Below, in pieces: positions 24,000-43,867 of a DNA stretch of 64,000 nt (position 1 is the stretch's first letter; each line of letters begins with the position of its first letter). The DNA is from the human T2T-CHM13v2.0 reference genome, Homo sapiens. The position numbers and the translations under genes are program-made. The DNA is taken from assembly GCF_009914755.1 (NCBI RefSeq), contig NC_060945.1; one strand, 5' to 3'. The notes beneath the pieces are model-generated. The model searched no databases. It was not told the DNA's origin and saw only the letters and a list, made by a program, of their open reading frames with translations.

Positions 24000-25100
24000 T
24001 TTTAAAAATAGACTTTATTTTGTACAGCAGTTTTAGATTTACAGCAAAATCGAGCAGAAAGTACAGAGTTCCCCTGTACCCCTTTCCCCCATGCACCAAC
24101 ATCTCCCTCGCTTGTCAACACGCCCCCCACCAGAGTGTACCTTGTTAGGATTGATGAACCCGTATTGACATAACATTACCACCTAGAGTCCATAGTTTAC
24201 ATCGGGGTTCACTCTTGGTTTTGTACATTCTACGGGTTTGGACAAATGGATGACATGCAGCCACCATTATAGTATTACACAGAAGCATTTCCCTGCCCTA
24301 AAAATCCTATGTTCCGGCTGGGCGCGGTGGCTCACGCCTGTAATCCCAGCACTTTGGGAGGCCGAGGCGGGCGGATCACGAGGTCAGGAGATCAAGACCA
24401 TCCTGGCTAACACGGCGAAACCCCGTCTCTACTAAAAATACAAAAAAAAAAATTAGCCGGACGTGGTGGTGGGCACCTGTAGTCCCAGCTACCCGGGAGG
24501 CTTGAGGCAGGAGAATGGCGTGAACCTGGGAGACGGAGCTTGCAGTGAGCCAAGATCGCGCCACTACATTCCAGCCCAGGCGTCAGAGCAAGACTCTGTC
24601 TCAAAAAAAAAATCCTATGTTCCACCTATTCTCCTCTTCCCTCTTTCCCCTGCATCTGTTGATTTTTTTTTTTTTTTTTACTCTCTGTAGTTTTGCCTTT
24701 TCCAGAATGTCATATAGTTGTAATCATACAGTGGCTTTTTTCACTTAGTAATATGCATTTGTGTTTAAGTTTACTCCATGTCTTTTCATGGCTAGAGTAT
24801 GCATTTTTGACTTGGTATGCAATACTACAGAAGTAATACTATGTTCTTTTCTAATCAGGAGGTACATAATGTCCATTTGTTCTGGTGAAGGTAAATTTGA
24901 TCGTTTGATTAAGGTGATGTATACCAGATTTCTTCACTGTAAAGTTACTACTTTTTCCTCTGTAATGAAAGTGTTTTGTGGGAAGATACTTTGACATTAT
25001 GTAACAAATGCTGTTTCTCATCATAGCTTTCAGCACCAATTTTCAATATTTTGCCTGAAACAATTATTACTCTGTTTTTGCCAAATGGTGATTTTTTAAT
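24000..25100 (-). mobile_element. Old L1 (L1MC/L1MB-type) 3' fragments, with a young AluY inserted at 24316-24612
   Basis: gactttattttgtacagcagttttagatttacagcaaaatcgagcagaaagtacagagttccc...; Alu TSD aaaaatcctatgttcc on both sides. Confidence 0.7.
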
Positions 25101-26926
25101 AAGATTTTTAGTATAGTTAAATTTTTGTCTTCTTCCATAGCTTTTGTGTTTTTCTGTTCTACTTTTCTCTAAGGCTTTCCTCACTCAAAACATTATTAAA
25201 AATTCTCATGTTTACTTCTCTTTTTAAAAAACTAGTGATAACATTTCATGAGCACTTTCTAATGTTTATGACTTTAAGATTGCCAGAAGGAAAAGATCAC
25301 TGAAGACCACCTAGGTTAACAAACAGCTTAAATTTGAAAAAACAAGTGAAAGAAGCCAACGCATGTTATCAGTTCATAACATTACCTCCCTTCTAGAAGA
25401 ATAGCTTCTTCCATTCTCTCCAGTTTGCTTCCAATCTTATAGTGGAACCAGATCTTCTAAGGCCTTAGTAGGAGGTGACATCAAGGGCTAAAAAAATACT
25501 CTTTGATGAACTCATGTCACTTTGATGCTCAGATATAAGTCAGACTGTGCAGAAGAGAAGCTTTAAAGATCCAAGTGATTTAGAAACTGGAGATAAGAAA
25601 AGCAAGCAGAAAACTGGGAAATGTTATTTCAGTCACTGCCAATATGGGATGTGGTTCCGTCTGTTTATTTACATAATATGATCTAGTGCTGTGCACTTAT
25701 TAACTAGACTGCAAATACTTGCAGCTTAATAATGTGCCGCATATTTTATCACATCCTGAATTATAAATTTGAATAAAATTGTAAGAAGATCTGATATTTG
25801 ATTTACCTTTTAAACCGTGTTTCAACCTGCAAGTAGTTTGCAAGTTAAATTGTTAATCTACTTGCTGCATAAATAAAATTGGGCAGTATTAGGAAAGATG
25901 CCCAGGGCCGCTGTCTGAGACCAAGTGTCTGTCTTTTGTCTTATGTAATTTGTGTCTGTTGCGTACTTCAGCACTTGAAAAACTATTCCTCTGTGAAAAG
26001 AGGCCCTTCAGTGTTGCTAGGAAACCCAGGAACTGTTTTATATGATCTCAAGATTTTAATTCATTTCTAGTGCAACACAGTGAAGAGGAATTGAAGGCTT
26101 TAACCATTTTTTGAAAGAAAAACAAAAAACAAAAAAATCTAAAAGTCATTAAAAAATCGTTTTAAAATATCATAAGCAGCATACTCATTTAAAAAAATCT
26201 CAGAATAAAGCAGAAATGGACAGTTGTCTTCCTTAAAATCCTAATTCTCAAAAGTAGTTGCTGTTAACAATTTGACATATATCTTTTCAGATTATTTTGT
26301 TACACATATATGACTATTTTAAGGCAGTTTTTTAAAATTACTTTTTATGTATCAAACGAGAAAGAAAGATAATATAAAAACTAAGTTGTATTTTATTTTG
26401 ATCACTTTGTATAGTGTAAGTACTGAGAACATGAATTTGGGGGATTTCAACTTTTACAAATGTAGGTGTCTAATTGAAGTTATTTAACATTTTTATTTGA
26501 TTTCTACAAAATGAAAACTCTAAAAACACACAGTAACCCGGAAGTTTTTATTGTTATTGATAGCAATTTTTTATTCTCACTTATATATTCTTAGCTCCAT
26601 ATTTGAACTATTTCTTGGTTTGTTTTGGAATGAGATTTTTATTTTTAAGGGTACTTAGATTACTCATATTATTTGATGCATGATGTGTTAATAACCAAAC
26701 TAAATTTCTGAAATTGATCAAATTTATAATTCACTCATTAATTCTTTTCTATTATGTGCAAAGAACTACAGCAGGAGATAGAGGTAGCCGCAATTTGCAA
26801 TTTATTTCAGCCCTAATAGAGCTAATGATTTAATAGTAAATCAGGGCATGCATTTTAAAAGTTCGCAAAAATACAAGGTAACATGGGAAGAAGATAAGTT
26901 TCTCAACATCTAGGAAGATGTGACAG

Positions 26927-29123
<2,197 letters not shown>

Positions 29124-29381
29124 GTACATTTTTAAAAGATAAGTAAATTGACAGTGTTCCTTTTCTTTTTGAATTATCCTCATCAAAACTTATTGCTTAG
29201 AAATATTTTTAAGCATTCAATAGAAGGTTATAGAATTAAATCTAATAAAAATTTAAAGAAGCCTTAGCAGAAACTGTGTCACAGTTGATCAGCATATACC
29301 CTACCGACAGTGACTTAGTTCCCTGTGTGTTTGTGGTGAGCATGAATTAATGTAGCCTTGAATTTGTATGACATGACTGAC

Positions 29382-29739
29382 CGTATTAGTCCATTCTCAC
29401 ACCGCTATAGAGAAATACCTAAAACTGGGTAATTTATAAAGAAAAGAGGTTTGATTGGCTCTGCAGGCTGTACAGAAAGCATGGCTGGGGAGGCCTCAGG
29501 AAACTTACAATCATGGCAGAAGGCGAAGGGGAGGCAGGCACGTCCCACGTGGCCAGAGCAGAGAAGGGGGAGGTGCTGCACACTTTTAAACAACCAGATC
29601 TCCTGAGAACTCACTCACTATCAGCAAGGGGGAAATCCACCCCCATGATCCAGTCACCTCCCACCAGGCCTCTCTTCCAACACTGGGGATTACAGTTCAA
29701 CATGAGATTTGGGCGGGGTCACAAATCCAACCTGTATCA
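29382..29739 (-). mobile_element. MSTA-like MaLR solo LTR, ~330 bp upstream of exon 2
   Basis: (t>c)gtattagtccattctcac...ctgggtaatttataaagaaaagaggtt...tatca; 5-bp TSD ctgac / ctcac. Confidence 0.85.
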
Positions 29740-30071
29740 CTCACCTTTCAGAGATTCTAGCCAAATTCAGTTTTAAACATCTGCTTGCATATAGAAACCT
29801 TCTACCAGTAGAAACTTACATAATGTCAGGAAGTTCACAGCGTTCCTTAAGGGAATTGTATCAAATAAGATGATACTACTTGTGTCATTCTACTTTTACA
29901 AAGGCACAAATTAAAAACTGGGCATCTCTTGAGTTTGGACTCCATTCCTCGGGACCCAAACCCCGTCCTGTATCCCTCGCATCAATGTGCTGCTTCTGAA
30001 TGGCTGCGGGGCACTGTGTGGGCTGTCAGCGTATAGCAAATGCTTAGTCCCTTGTACATTTCTTTCTCTAG

Positions 30072-30238
30072 ATTTCGCCAGAAGTTTGAGTATCACTACT
30101 CCTGAAGAGATGATTGAAAAAGCCAAAGGGGAAACTGCCTATCTGCCATGCAAATTTACGCTTAGTCCCGAAGACCAGGGACCGCTGGACATCGAGTGGC
30201 TGATATCACCAGCTGATAATCAGAAGGTGGATCAAGTG
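30072..30238 (+). CDS. CXADR: CXADR exon 2: end of signal peptide and first half of Ig V-type domain D1
   Basis: Acceptor tctttctctag|AT, donor GTG|gtaagt; 167 nt, phase 1 to 0. Encodes (D)[55 protein letters not shown]. Confidence 0.98.
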
Positions 30239-33119
30239 GTAAGTTTGATATGTCCTTGCTCGCTTAGCAGCTGTCTGTGCAACTATCTGATGTGTCCATC
30301 ACCTTGCCAGTCACATGGATGGGCTGCAGGGAGCTAGGAAGGAAGCCCCCCAACTTCTCAGGCTTTATGGTCTGGGTGAGGAAGGCAATTGCTCTGGTGG
30401 AAATTGAGGACACATGTAATGGAGGGAAATAGATAATGAGTGTGACCTAAGGTTACAGAAGAGCAAAAGATCACTGGAGTTCTTAGAGACACTTCAGGGA
30501 AGAAGAGGAACTTATGAAAGTTCTGACAATCTGGATTTGAGGCGGGGAATAGCAGAGGCCTAGATGGAGCAGGCATGACGTTGAGACAGGAGTGTGTGTT
30601 GTGTTAGGAGATGGCACATAACTGTGCTTTGTTAAACGTTAGACAGAATTGAAATTTTTAAGTTTTACCCAAGGATTCTGTCAGCAGTAGAAGTGTCATT
30701 AGCTATGGTGTAACAACTACATAGTATTACAGTCTATTTTCCTTATTTTTTCAAGTTAAATATCCTGTCCAATGAATTTTTTAAAAGACAAAATCTTTTT
30801 AAATTTATTTTTTTTACTTTGACTTTAAAACTTCCCAGTGTAAAAATGAAGTCTTTAGAGCAAAAAACAATCTATAAAATATTTAGTCTTAAATTTAAAA
30901 AATCTTAAAACATTGTTTCAGTATTTTTTCTAATCAAAGTAATAAGAGTCTAATGTAGAAAACTTGGAAAGCCAAAAATAGCACAGAGGAGGAAACATGC
31001 CTAATAATCTCATCTCCAAATATATGTCATGTTTTACCTTTTCAATGGTTCTAGAATACTTTATTTAGAATGTTGCATATTGGCTTTGTCTGACACATTT
31101 AATTTTTTAAAAAGTTAATAAATTATATTAGATCAGGGAGAGGAAAATAAGTCCAAATATTTAGGTAAATATAGTAATATATATATTTGGAAGAGAAATT
31201 TTGTTTTTACTTCATTTGTTCATGTAAAAGAAGGGGATATTTAAAAGTTACAAGTAACATCCTTCCATTTAATGGCTGAATCAGTGCAGTTAGGTAATTA
31301 ATATTTTTGGCAAACCCAGTCGGTTTGCCCTTGATGTTTATGTTAAGGAAATAATTAAGGTGCTTTCCCAAGTTGTGAGTGACTAGAGCCACCCCCTCCA
31401 AAGATGTAACCTCTGCCCTGATTCTGTTACCAGAACTTCTTTCTGTTTCCCTGAGCAAAATAAATCGGGCCTGACTCATTTTATCTACTCAGCCTCGTTG
31501 CCCTGTTCCCTGTCACTCTTACCTCCCCCTTCTCTCCCTTCTCTCTCTCTGGAGGTGCTGGCACCTAGAGTACAGGCTCCTGTCTGAGGTCCTGCAGTTC
31601 CCCGTTCCTGTGACAGTGCAGTGCCTGTCCCGCTTTAGAGCCCAGGACTCTGATCCTGTGCGTAAGATAGGGGAAGCCTAGGAACCATATGGAGAGCGTG
31701 GGTCTTCCGTGCTTCTGCTGAGTGAAGCTTGTGACCAGGTGCATGTAGAGACCAAGAAGCACTGTGCCCTGAGCCATTAGCGTGTCTGTTAATGAGAAGA
31801 AGACTCCAAGTCGTCCATGCTGAGTGAGAGGCACGGCTTTGCCGTCTACAGGAGTTGTAAGATAAATGTGAAACTGGGACTTGACTCTGAGTGACCGTTT
31901 CTGGGTTAAAAACCTAGCTTCTAACCTAAAACACAGTCACATCAGACCAAAAGAAAGAAGGGTTAGGAAGAGATTGATGCAGAAGAGGATGCATACATGG
32001 AATTTAAACTACATATGTTAACAGAGCCCCTATTTTAATATATTTCAGCTAGTAGACAGAATGGTTAAAAACTAGGAATTGGAGGACTGAGCTGGAAAAA
32101 TTTGCATTCTTATTCCTTATGTGATCTCTTTAGTCAGCAGTTACTGTAAACAGCGTGCTTGGGCAGTGTTTTGTATACTTTAATTGTATATACTTAAGCC
32201 TTAAAACAACATAGTAAGGTGAGAATTATTATACATATGGCAAGGAGGAAACAGAGGCCCAGAGATTTTCATGCCCAGAGTAACAAGTGCAGTTGGGATT
32301 TGAACCCAGGTCCCTCTGACTCTCACAGCTGCTCTGTTATCATTTGCACTGTCCTCTGCTGCCTCCCGTGTTTCATAAACCTGTTTCCTCATGTGTAAAG
32401 TAGGAACAGCTATACCTAGCATCTCAGGGTCATTACAAGAATTCAGCAAAATACTGTATTCACACGCATTCTGTAAGCTTATAAATGATATTGAAATGAT
32501 AATCATGTACTGTGCCAAGTTAAATGGATCTGGTCTGCATCTTTGTTGTGTGACTTGGCAAAAGCTGATCAGTGAGAGCCACTTCTTTCCTCAGCCTAAA
32601 TGTCAATGTGGACAATGCCATCGTCCTTGCAGGGTTGTGAAGGGGAATCTGAAGACATGTAAAATTTCATGGTAAATTTCCCATTCCTTAACTAATATTT
32701 ATAACATTGTTTTCTGGGAAGACACTAAGCTAGCTTATAAAATAACCAACAGCGGGAATGCATCTTATTTCTCAAGCCCCCCTTAAAGGACTACTAAGGT
32801 GTGTGTGGAGCATAATGAGCTATTGGAAGTATAAGAGATTGAACTCTACGACCTTTAGAGTTAGATTCCACAGGCAAATTATGATAAGCCTTTTAATCAA
32901 AGGAAATTAATCAAAGGAAGATAGAGTAGCCAGATTTGTGGAGTAGTCAGTGTTGCTTTTGACAAGTGGGTATGTCAAGAAGATTGAGCAAATAAAGTAA
33001 TAGCTTGTGTTTACAGAGTAAGTCAGCTGTGGACCCGTCAACTACTTCTTTTATTTACTTAGCAAACTGGTATTGAGCGCAACCTAGATGCACACAGTTC
33101 ATATATAAATAAAAGATCT

Positions 33120-36961
<3,842 letters not shown>

Positions 36962-37815
36962 ACCTGGTCTGAATTCTTATCACAGACCCAGGAATTCCTG
37001 AGATTATAACCCTGACTATACTTTCTTCCAACACTGCTCTCTAGGAACTATTAAGTTGGAAGATGTATACGGAATATTAACTGGTTCATGATATGCGAAG
37101 CAGAAGATATTTGATTATCGGAATTATTTATTGTGAAACCCCTGTTTGATGGGACAGTTACACTGGGATTAATGGGGTTGGCACATATTCCCAGAAGAGT
37201 TGTGGACAAGCATGTTTGTGTGTTTGTGTATTGTCTGGATCCTGTGGGACCAGGTTCAGGGTCACATTTGCAGTTCTCAACTGAAGAGAACATTACAGCA
37301 GAACATGTCCCAAAAAGGAACCTGAGTTGGGTGGTAGGGGATGGCACATGATGTGGCTCAGTTCACTCATGGCAGGAGCCGTGACTGCCCGGCAGTAGGA
37401 ATGGCCTTTTTATATTAAACTTTGAACCCCAGCATGTCCTAAGAATGGGTAAGTGGGAAGCATTGACACAGTTCACCCTGAGTTACTCCTGGGGAGAATT
37501 TTATAGCCAAGTCAGCCTTCAGTTCAAACCAAGGAGGGGGAGAGGGGATAAACTGGGGATGAGAGGAGAAAGCAGGGAAGTGATTGCCGAAGAGAAGTAG
37601 GGACGACTGGAGCTCTGATCTGGACGAGGTTGTGTCAGAGCCAGAGAATTCCTTGTAGCTTTTTCTTCCATGTTTTTAGATGAGTCGTGACTGCTGCTGG
37701 GAGAAACCACCAGAATTATATTCTCTCGAAGGTGAAAATTAATTGGATTGAAGCTTATCTGTTAGTTTTGCCTGGAAATTCTGCCTGGATTATCTGGGGC
37801 AAAAGATAAGATGAA

Positions 37816-37831
37816 GTGCCCTCTAGTGACC
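37816..37831 (-). promoter_or_regulatory. Candidate CTCF site in intron 3
   Basis: Minus strand GTCACTAGAGGGCAC versus the CTCF core CCASYAGRKGGCR (one mismatch). Motif match only. Confidence 0.5.
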
Positions 37832-38414
37832 CAACTAAGTGGTGGTCACTGGAGCTCATTTGATTGACTGATAGTGGCTCTGTCTAATGCTTTGGTTCTT
37901 TTGTGGGAAATCTGAAGTAGTTGCCATCATGGCATTCACAGGGTAATGGCAGTGCATTCATTGAGCTTGTGTGTTATGTGGCCGTTAACCCACAGAGATG
38001 ATTGATAGTCGTCTGGATGTGAGGGGCAGCATGTTGCTGTAGCTTGCTCCATTGCCGTGCCTGCCTTGCTCTTTCAGACACAGCAGAAGCTCTTGTGGAT
38101 GCAGCTCAGTAAAGAAGCAGAAGTGGGAAATGATAACAAAGAGAGTTGATAGAAGGTTACTGTTGTGGCCATATATCACGGGCACCTTCCCCTGGAGCTC
38201 TGGAAGGGCCTGTTTATTGAAACCTTTTGGTATAAAGAGACAGAGTTGTTTTGAAGAGCAGAACATGCACAGTTAACAATTCCTGGACATATATGGTATA
38301 CTCCCACTGCACCATGCCACAGTGGCAGCAGCAAGTGTAGTGGCTCAGTCATCACTGGCCTTAAAGGTCCTAAGGGATTTGCAAACCATTGATACTGGGC
38401 ACGGCCCCTCACTA

Positions 38415-38890
38415 CTTTTTATTTTACAATAATTTTTAGTTTTATGGAAAAGTTGCAAAAATACAAGGAAGTTTCTGAGAGTGGATCCATCATCTAATTT
38501 CCCCTAATGTTAACATCTTACAAAATCATATTATAATTATCAAAACCAGGAAATTAACACTGATACAATACTATTAACTAAATTACAGACCCAGTTTGAA
38601 TTTTACTGTTTTCCGGTAATGTCCTTTTTGTACTAGGATTGCATCTAGAATCCACATGGCATTTATATCTCCTTAATCTCCAGTCACGTCTGGGGGCACA
38701 TGATGTCATGTCTTATTGTTAATCGTGATCGCTTGGTTTAAGTTTTATCTGATGGGCTTCTCCACTCTAGAGTTATTATTTTTCCCTCTATAATTAAAAA
38801 ATGTCTTGGGGGAGCTACTTCGAGACTATGCAGATATGTTATTTCTTATTTAACTTTTGCCTATTGATTTTAGCATCTATTGATAGATTT
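38415..38890 (-). mobile_element. Old L1 (L1MC-type) 3' fragment
   Basis: gttaacatcttacaaaatcatattataattatcaaaaccaggaaattaacactgatacaatact is typical L1MC 3'UTR. Confidence 0.65.
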
Positions 38891-39919
38891 TGCCTGGAGT
38901 CAGGGTATTTTTGAACCAATAAGAAATTATATTTCTTGGAAGGATGACATCATGATAAAAGTATCCCCTGTCTCATGTAGGGATTTAGAGATTATTTCCA
39001 GTAGACTGGTGCAGCCACTAGCAGGAAAAGATGATGAAGGAATACGTGTATGGAACAGAGCATTACTAAATTGGTGGGATACCATGTCCAACTACAACTT
39101 GATGGTCACATACCCATATCTGAGAAGGACTGTTGTTTGTGTTAGTGATCATGGAAGCAGATGTTCTGAGGACAGCGGCCAGTATGTGGGAAGTCCAGAC
39201 CAAAGAAACATTTAGGAGACAAGACTTTATTCGTGCTCTCTTTGTGGTTTTCTTCTGTTCCAGCAGAGTACCATGGGTTAAGAATTAATCTTCCTCGTAG
39301 TGTAATGGTTGGATGTTGGCATGTAAAAGACTTGTACTTCCTCTTCCCAGTGGAAAGCAGGTGGGCCACTCCAAAGTGTCATTCAGAAACCTGTGTTGGT
39401 AGAATCTTGTTTTATTGTGGACGGGTTGTAGTGAGGCCCTGAATTTCCTAGCAGCTATTTTAAATAACTATCCGTTATTAGATATGTTTAGATTGCTGGT
39501 TATATGGGAGAAAATGGATATAGAAAGGATGAGCGTTAGAGTTAGAATACCATATTACCCATAGATGTTTGATGCACAAAGCATTGCATCAGTTATTTAT
39601 TTGCTGGTAATTTATTCTAATAAAGGATTTATTGGTAGTTTGAAGAACTGGAAGAGAACAAGGCTCATTTCATTGAAGACTCCCAGAATGAAATAATTTG
39701 CAAAACTTATTTAAAAGTCCAATTGATGTAGTCTCCAGAGCACCTGGTCAGATTGAAAAATAAACAGATTTGTTTGGAAAAATCAACAGTGCAGTTAAAT
39801 ATGTGTTGACCCTTATTTTAAAAATGTAAGTAGGAGCAGATGAAGGGGAATACAATTAAATTTGTTAAGGAGTTACTAAGAAAGAGTAAGGTCATGGTTG
39901 ATAACCTTAGTTGAAGATA

Positions 39920-41000
39920 CCCCACTGAATATGATAAATCATGTTGAGCCAGTTTTGGGAAACAATTTGACAATTTCTTACAGTGTTAAAATATGTACAG
40001 TCACCATATGATCCAGCAGTTACTAAGACAAAGGAAAGCATACGCCAGTGTTCACATGAGTGTTCAAGCAGCATTATTCATAATACTGCAAAACAAAAAT
40101 GCATTTACCTTTATTCATAGTAGTGAAAGAATAAAAACCCATTCACGACTGAAAAAATGAAAATCAGCTTAAACTAAAAAAGAAAAAAGTCTTGACGTTT
40201 ATCAGCCGGAAGGACAGATACAGATTAAAGTCAGCCACAGAGTTTATAGAAAACATTGTCTCTCCCAAGGTTATAGAGTAGTAGTAAAGCATAGACTATT
40301 GCTGTCTTTTCTAGTGTTGCCCGCAGACCCACATTTCTCTACCCATCCTTTACTGGAATACTCAATTACTAAATGGCCCCACCTCCTCACAGCTCCCACT
40401 TCCTGTTTAATCCTCATTTTTCCTAATCTCAGAAACAGCTGATTGACAGCTGATGGCTACTTCCTTACAACCTCCTGAGAATCCTTCAGCATCCCTGCTC
40501 TTGTCCAGTGGCATTCCGTGGTTCCTCGTAATGCCGTCCTCACTAGTCAATCTGATTTTGATAGACCACACACTTGCTCCTTGTCAGTTTGGCTGACTGG
40601 GCTTTGACAGTAGCCCCAAACTGGAAACACAGTATTCATTAACAGGTGACTGGATAAGCAAACTTGTGTTATAGTCCATTGAAATACTAAAATAACTATA
40701 TATACAATAACGGCTCAATCTCAGAAATGTTATGCTGAATAAAAGAAGACAAGAAAATACATACTGTAGTATTCTATTCATGTGGTTCCAGAAGAAGAGC
40801 TAATCTACAGTGGTAGAATCTGATCAGTGGCTTCCTGGGTCCAGGGTTTTGGAGTCCCATCTATTGTAACCAGCATGAGGGAACTTCCTTGGGAGAGGGT
40901 TGGAGTGGTGCTTAATGGATATAGACACATTTATTAAAAGTGATCAGCCCACGTGATTAACATGTTAACTTTATTGTGTGAATATTATACCTTATTAAAG
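39920..41000 (+). mobile_element. Fragmented old L1 (L1M) 3' region
   Basis: ccatatgatccagcagtt...gcagcattattcataat; aatctcagaaatgttatgctgaat...tacatactgtagtattctattca...gtgaatattataccttattaaa. Confidence 0.55.
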
Positions 41001-42017
41001 TTCAGCAGAAGAGTATGCAATGCCAAGGTGTTAATCCAGGATTGGGGTGAGTTGCAGGTAATGGAGTTAGTAGTTGTTCTAAACAGTTACCCAGAAACAC
41101 CTGGAATATAACCTCAGATTTCCTTTTTTTTTTTTTAATTAAATATTCTTTTTTACACATGAATTTCCAGGCTGTGAATATCTTTTTGATTCAGGGTCTG
41201 GTTCTGTCACCTAGGCTGGAGTGCAGTGACATGATCAAAGCTTCACTGCAGCCTCAAAATCCTGGTCTCAAGTCATCCTCCTACCCCAGCCTCCCAAGTA
41301 GCTACGACCACAGGCACACATCACCACACCCAGCTAATTTTTCGAAGTTTTTATTATGACAGAGTCTCGCTATGTTACCCAGGCTGGTCTCAAACCCCTG
41401 ACCTCAAGTGATCCCCCCACTGTCTTGGCCTCCAAAGTGCTGAGATTACACTATGCCCAGCCCAGGTTTTCTTTTTTGTAGCCTGCTCTTTGGATGGATT
41501 TGAGGTGATGTAAATGCAGAATGCTAGTTGTTCCTTGCCACACTAAGTGTTGTTAGTATTGTTGATGATAAACTGCCTGATTGTCAGGGTTATGGCGCCT
41601 AGAGGGATGTGACTTGGTACATACTGCCAGAGGGTTACATGTCAGGCATGGGGAAGAATAGCTAAGGAATGGGAGGGGGAGCTTCCTTGACTCTCAAGTG
41701 GTCTTGCTGAAAAAAGCAAGTGCATCATTCTTGCTTTTTTTCAGGTGTGCCCCATGAAATGGACAGGCACCGAGCTATGCCTGAGATATTGCCATATCTA
41801 CTAATGCAGTGGCTGCTTGTCTGAGCTTATTCTTTGCTGTTTTGTGTCAGATAAAGCTGAATAAACTGATGTTGATCACTTACTGTGGTCTTTCATTCTT
41901 TTGTGAATTCTGAACCCAGAACCAACTGATAATGAGTCAGTGGTTGTGTACAATGCTGTATTCATAAAAGTAAGTTCCATTCTCTTATGTAAATTTATAA
42001 TTTGTTTTCTCTTTCAG

Positions 42018-42173
42018 TTAAGCCTTCAGGTGCGAGATGTTACGTTGATGGATCTGAAGAAATTGGAAGTGACTTTAAGATAAAATGTGAACCAAAAGAA
42101 GGTTCACTTCCATTACAGTATGAGTGGCAAAAATTGTCTGACTCACAGAAAATGCCCACTTCATGGTTAGCAG
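42018..42173 (+). CDS. CXADR: CXADR exon 4: first half of Ig C2-type domain D2
   Basis: Acceptor ttctctttcag|TT, donor CAG|gtactg; 156 nt, phase 1-1. Encodes [51 protein letters not shown]. Confidence 0.98.
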
Positions 42174-42680
42174 GTACTGCTGATAATAGTATTTGTACCA
42201 CATGCCATTGATTTGGACTAAGATCTAGTAGGGGTGTGTGTGTGATTTGAGATAGGGCCTTGCTCTGTCACCCAGGCTCACTGCAATCACGGCTCACTGA
42301 AGCTTCAACCTCCTAGGCTCAAGTCATCCTCCCACCTCAGCCTCCCAGTTAGCTGGAACTACAGGTGCATGCCATCACACCCTGCTAATTTTTTTTTTAA
42401 AAAATGTGTAGAGACAGGATCTCCCTGCGTTGCCTGTGCTGGTCTCAAACTCCTGGGCTCAAGGAGTCCTCTTTCCTTGGCCTCCCAAAGTGCTGGGATT
42501 ACAGGCATGAGCCCAGGCATGTGCCCAGCCTGCTTGTATATTGTAGATTCCCAGATGCTTTCTTTCCCTTTTCTACATAGAATAATCAGGATTTCCATAG
42601 GAATTATTCAGTGTTTTATAATATCAATTTAGTGTCATATATTATAAATGAAGAGCTATTCTATGATTTCATTTTTTTAG

Positions 42681-43025
<345 letters not shown>

Positions 43026-43744
43026 TAATTGATGAGACATGTTCATGATTACAACTTAGATGGTGGCTAAAGTATAGTAAGAGTTGGCTCTTTAGTGTTT
43101 TGCCTAGATTGAAAATATAGTAATTTACCCATGGTGTGTCTGTAAATTAAAAGAAAACCCGTGTGACACTAACTAGAAAGTTACAAATTGGCCAAATCTG
43201 CTCACCTATTTGTTATAATTGACTTCTTAGTTCAAACTGATGACCAGGCTCCACCCCGCCATCCACTGCATCCTGGTCTTTAGTAGGTTTTCTCTCTGCC
43301 TCTCTGTTTTTCAAACTAAGAGACCAATCTGGGAGTCCTCTTCTGACTTCCTTTTGTATGTTTCTTCCATCTAGGGGGGAATAAAATAGGTTTTGTATGT
43401 TTTCCTGCTGCAGGAAAGATCCTTTGTGGAATGCGGTAGCGTTTATAGTCTTATGTGCCCCAAGATGGGTTTGCAGCAGGTACACAGTGGACCAGCACCC
43501 CTGCTCCAGCTGAGGCTGTGTGCTGCAGGGGATCATGGTTACTTTCACCTTGATACATGTGAACTGGAAGCATGATTGAATTCTGGAAACATCTGTGTGG
43601 CTCAATGCCAGTTTGCTTGCATCCAGCCTTGGTCTGTCTTGCTTTTAACTGGATTGTTTAATTTGGAGAGGACTATGTTTACTAACACCTGATAACAATA
43701 CATACTATAAAAATGAGTTTGTTTTCTTTTTCCTCCTTCCATAG

Positions 43745-43867
43745 AAATGACTTCATCTGTTATATCTGTAAAAAATGCCTCTTCTGAGTACTCTGGGACA
43801 TACAGCTGTACAGTCAGAAACAGAGTGGGCTCTGATCAGTGCCTGTTGCGTCTAAACGTTGTCCCTC
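43745..43867 (+). CDS. CXADR: CXADR exon 5: second half of Ig C2-type domain D2
   Basis: Acceptor tccttccatag|AA, donor CTC|gtaagt; 123 nt, phase 1-1. Encodes (E)[40 protein letters not shown], with an N-A-S sequon. Confidence 0.98.

Noticed and set aside
29987-30337. 116-aa ORF that looks like a small secreted Cys-rich protein
   Set aside because: It is exon 2 plus flanking intron read in frame; the start is GTG and canonical splice sites bound the real exon.
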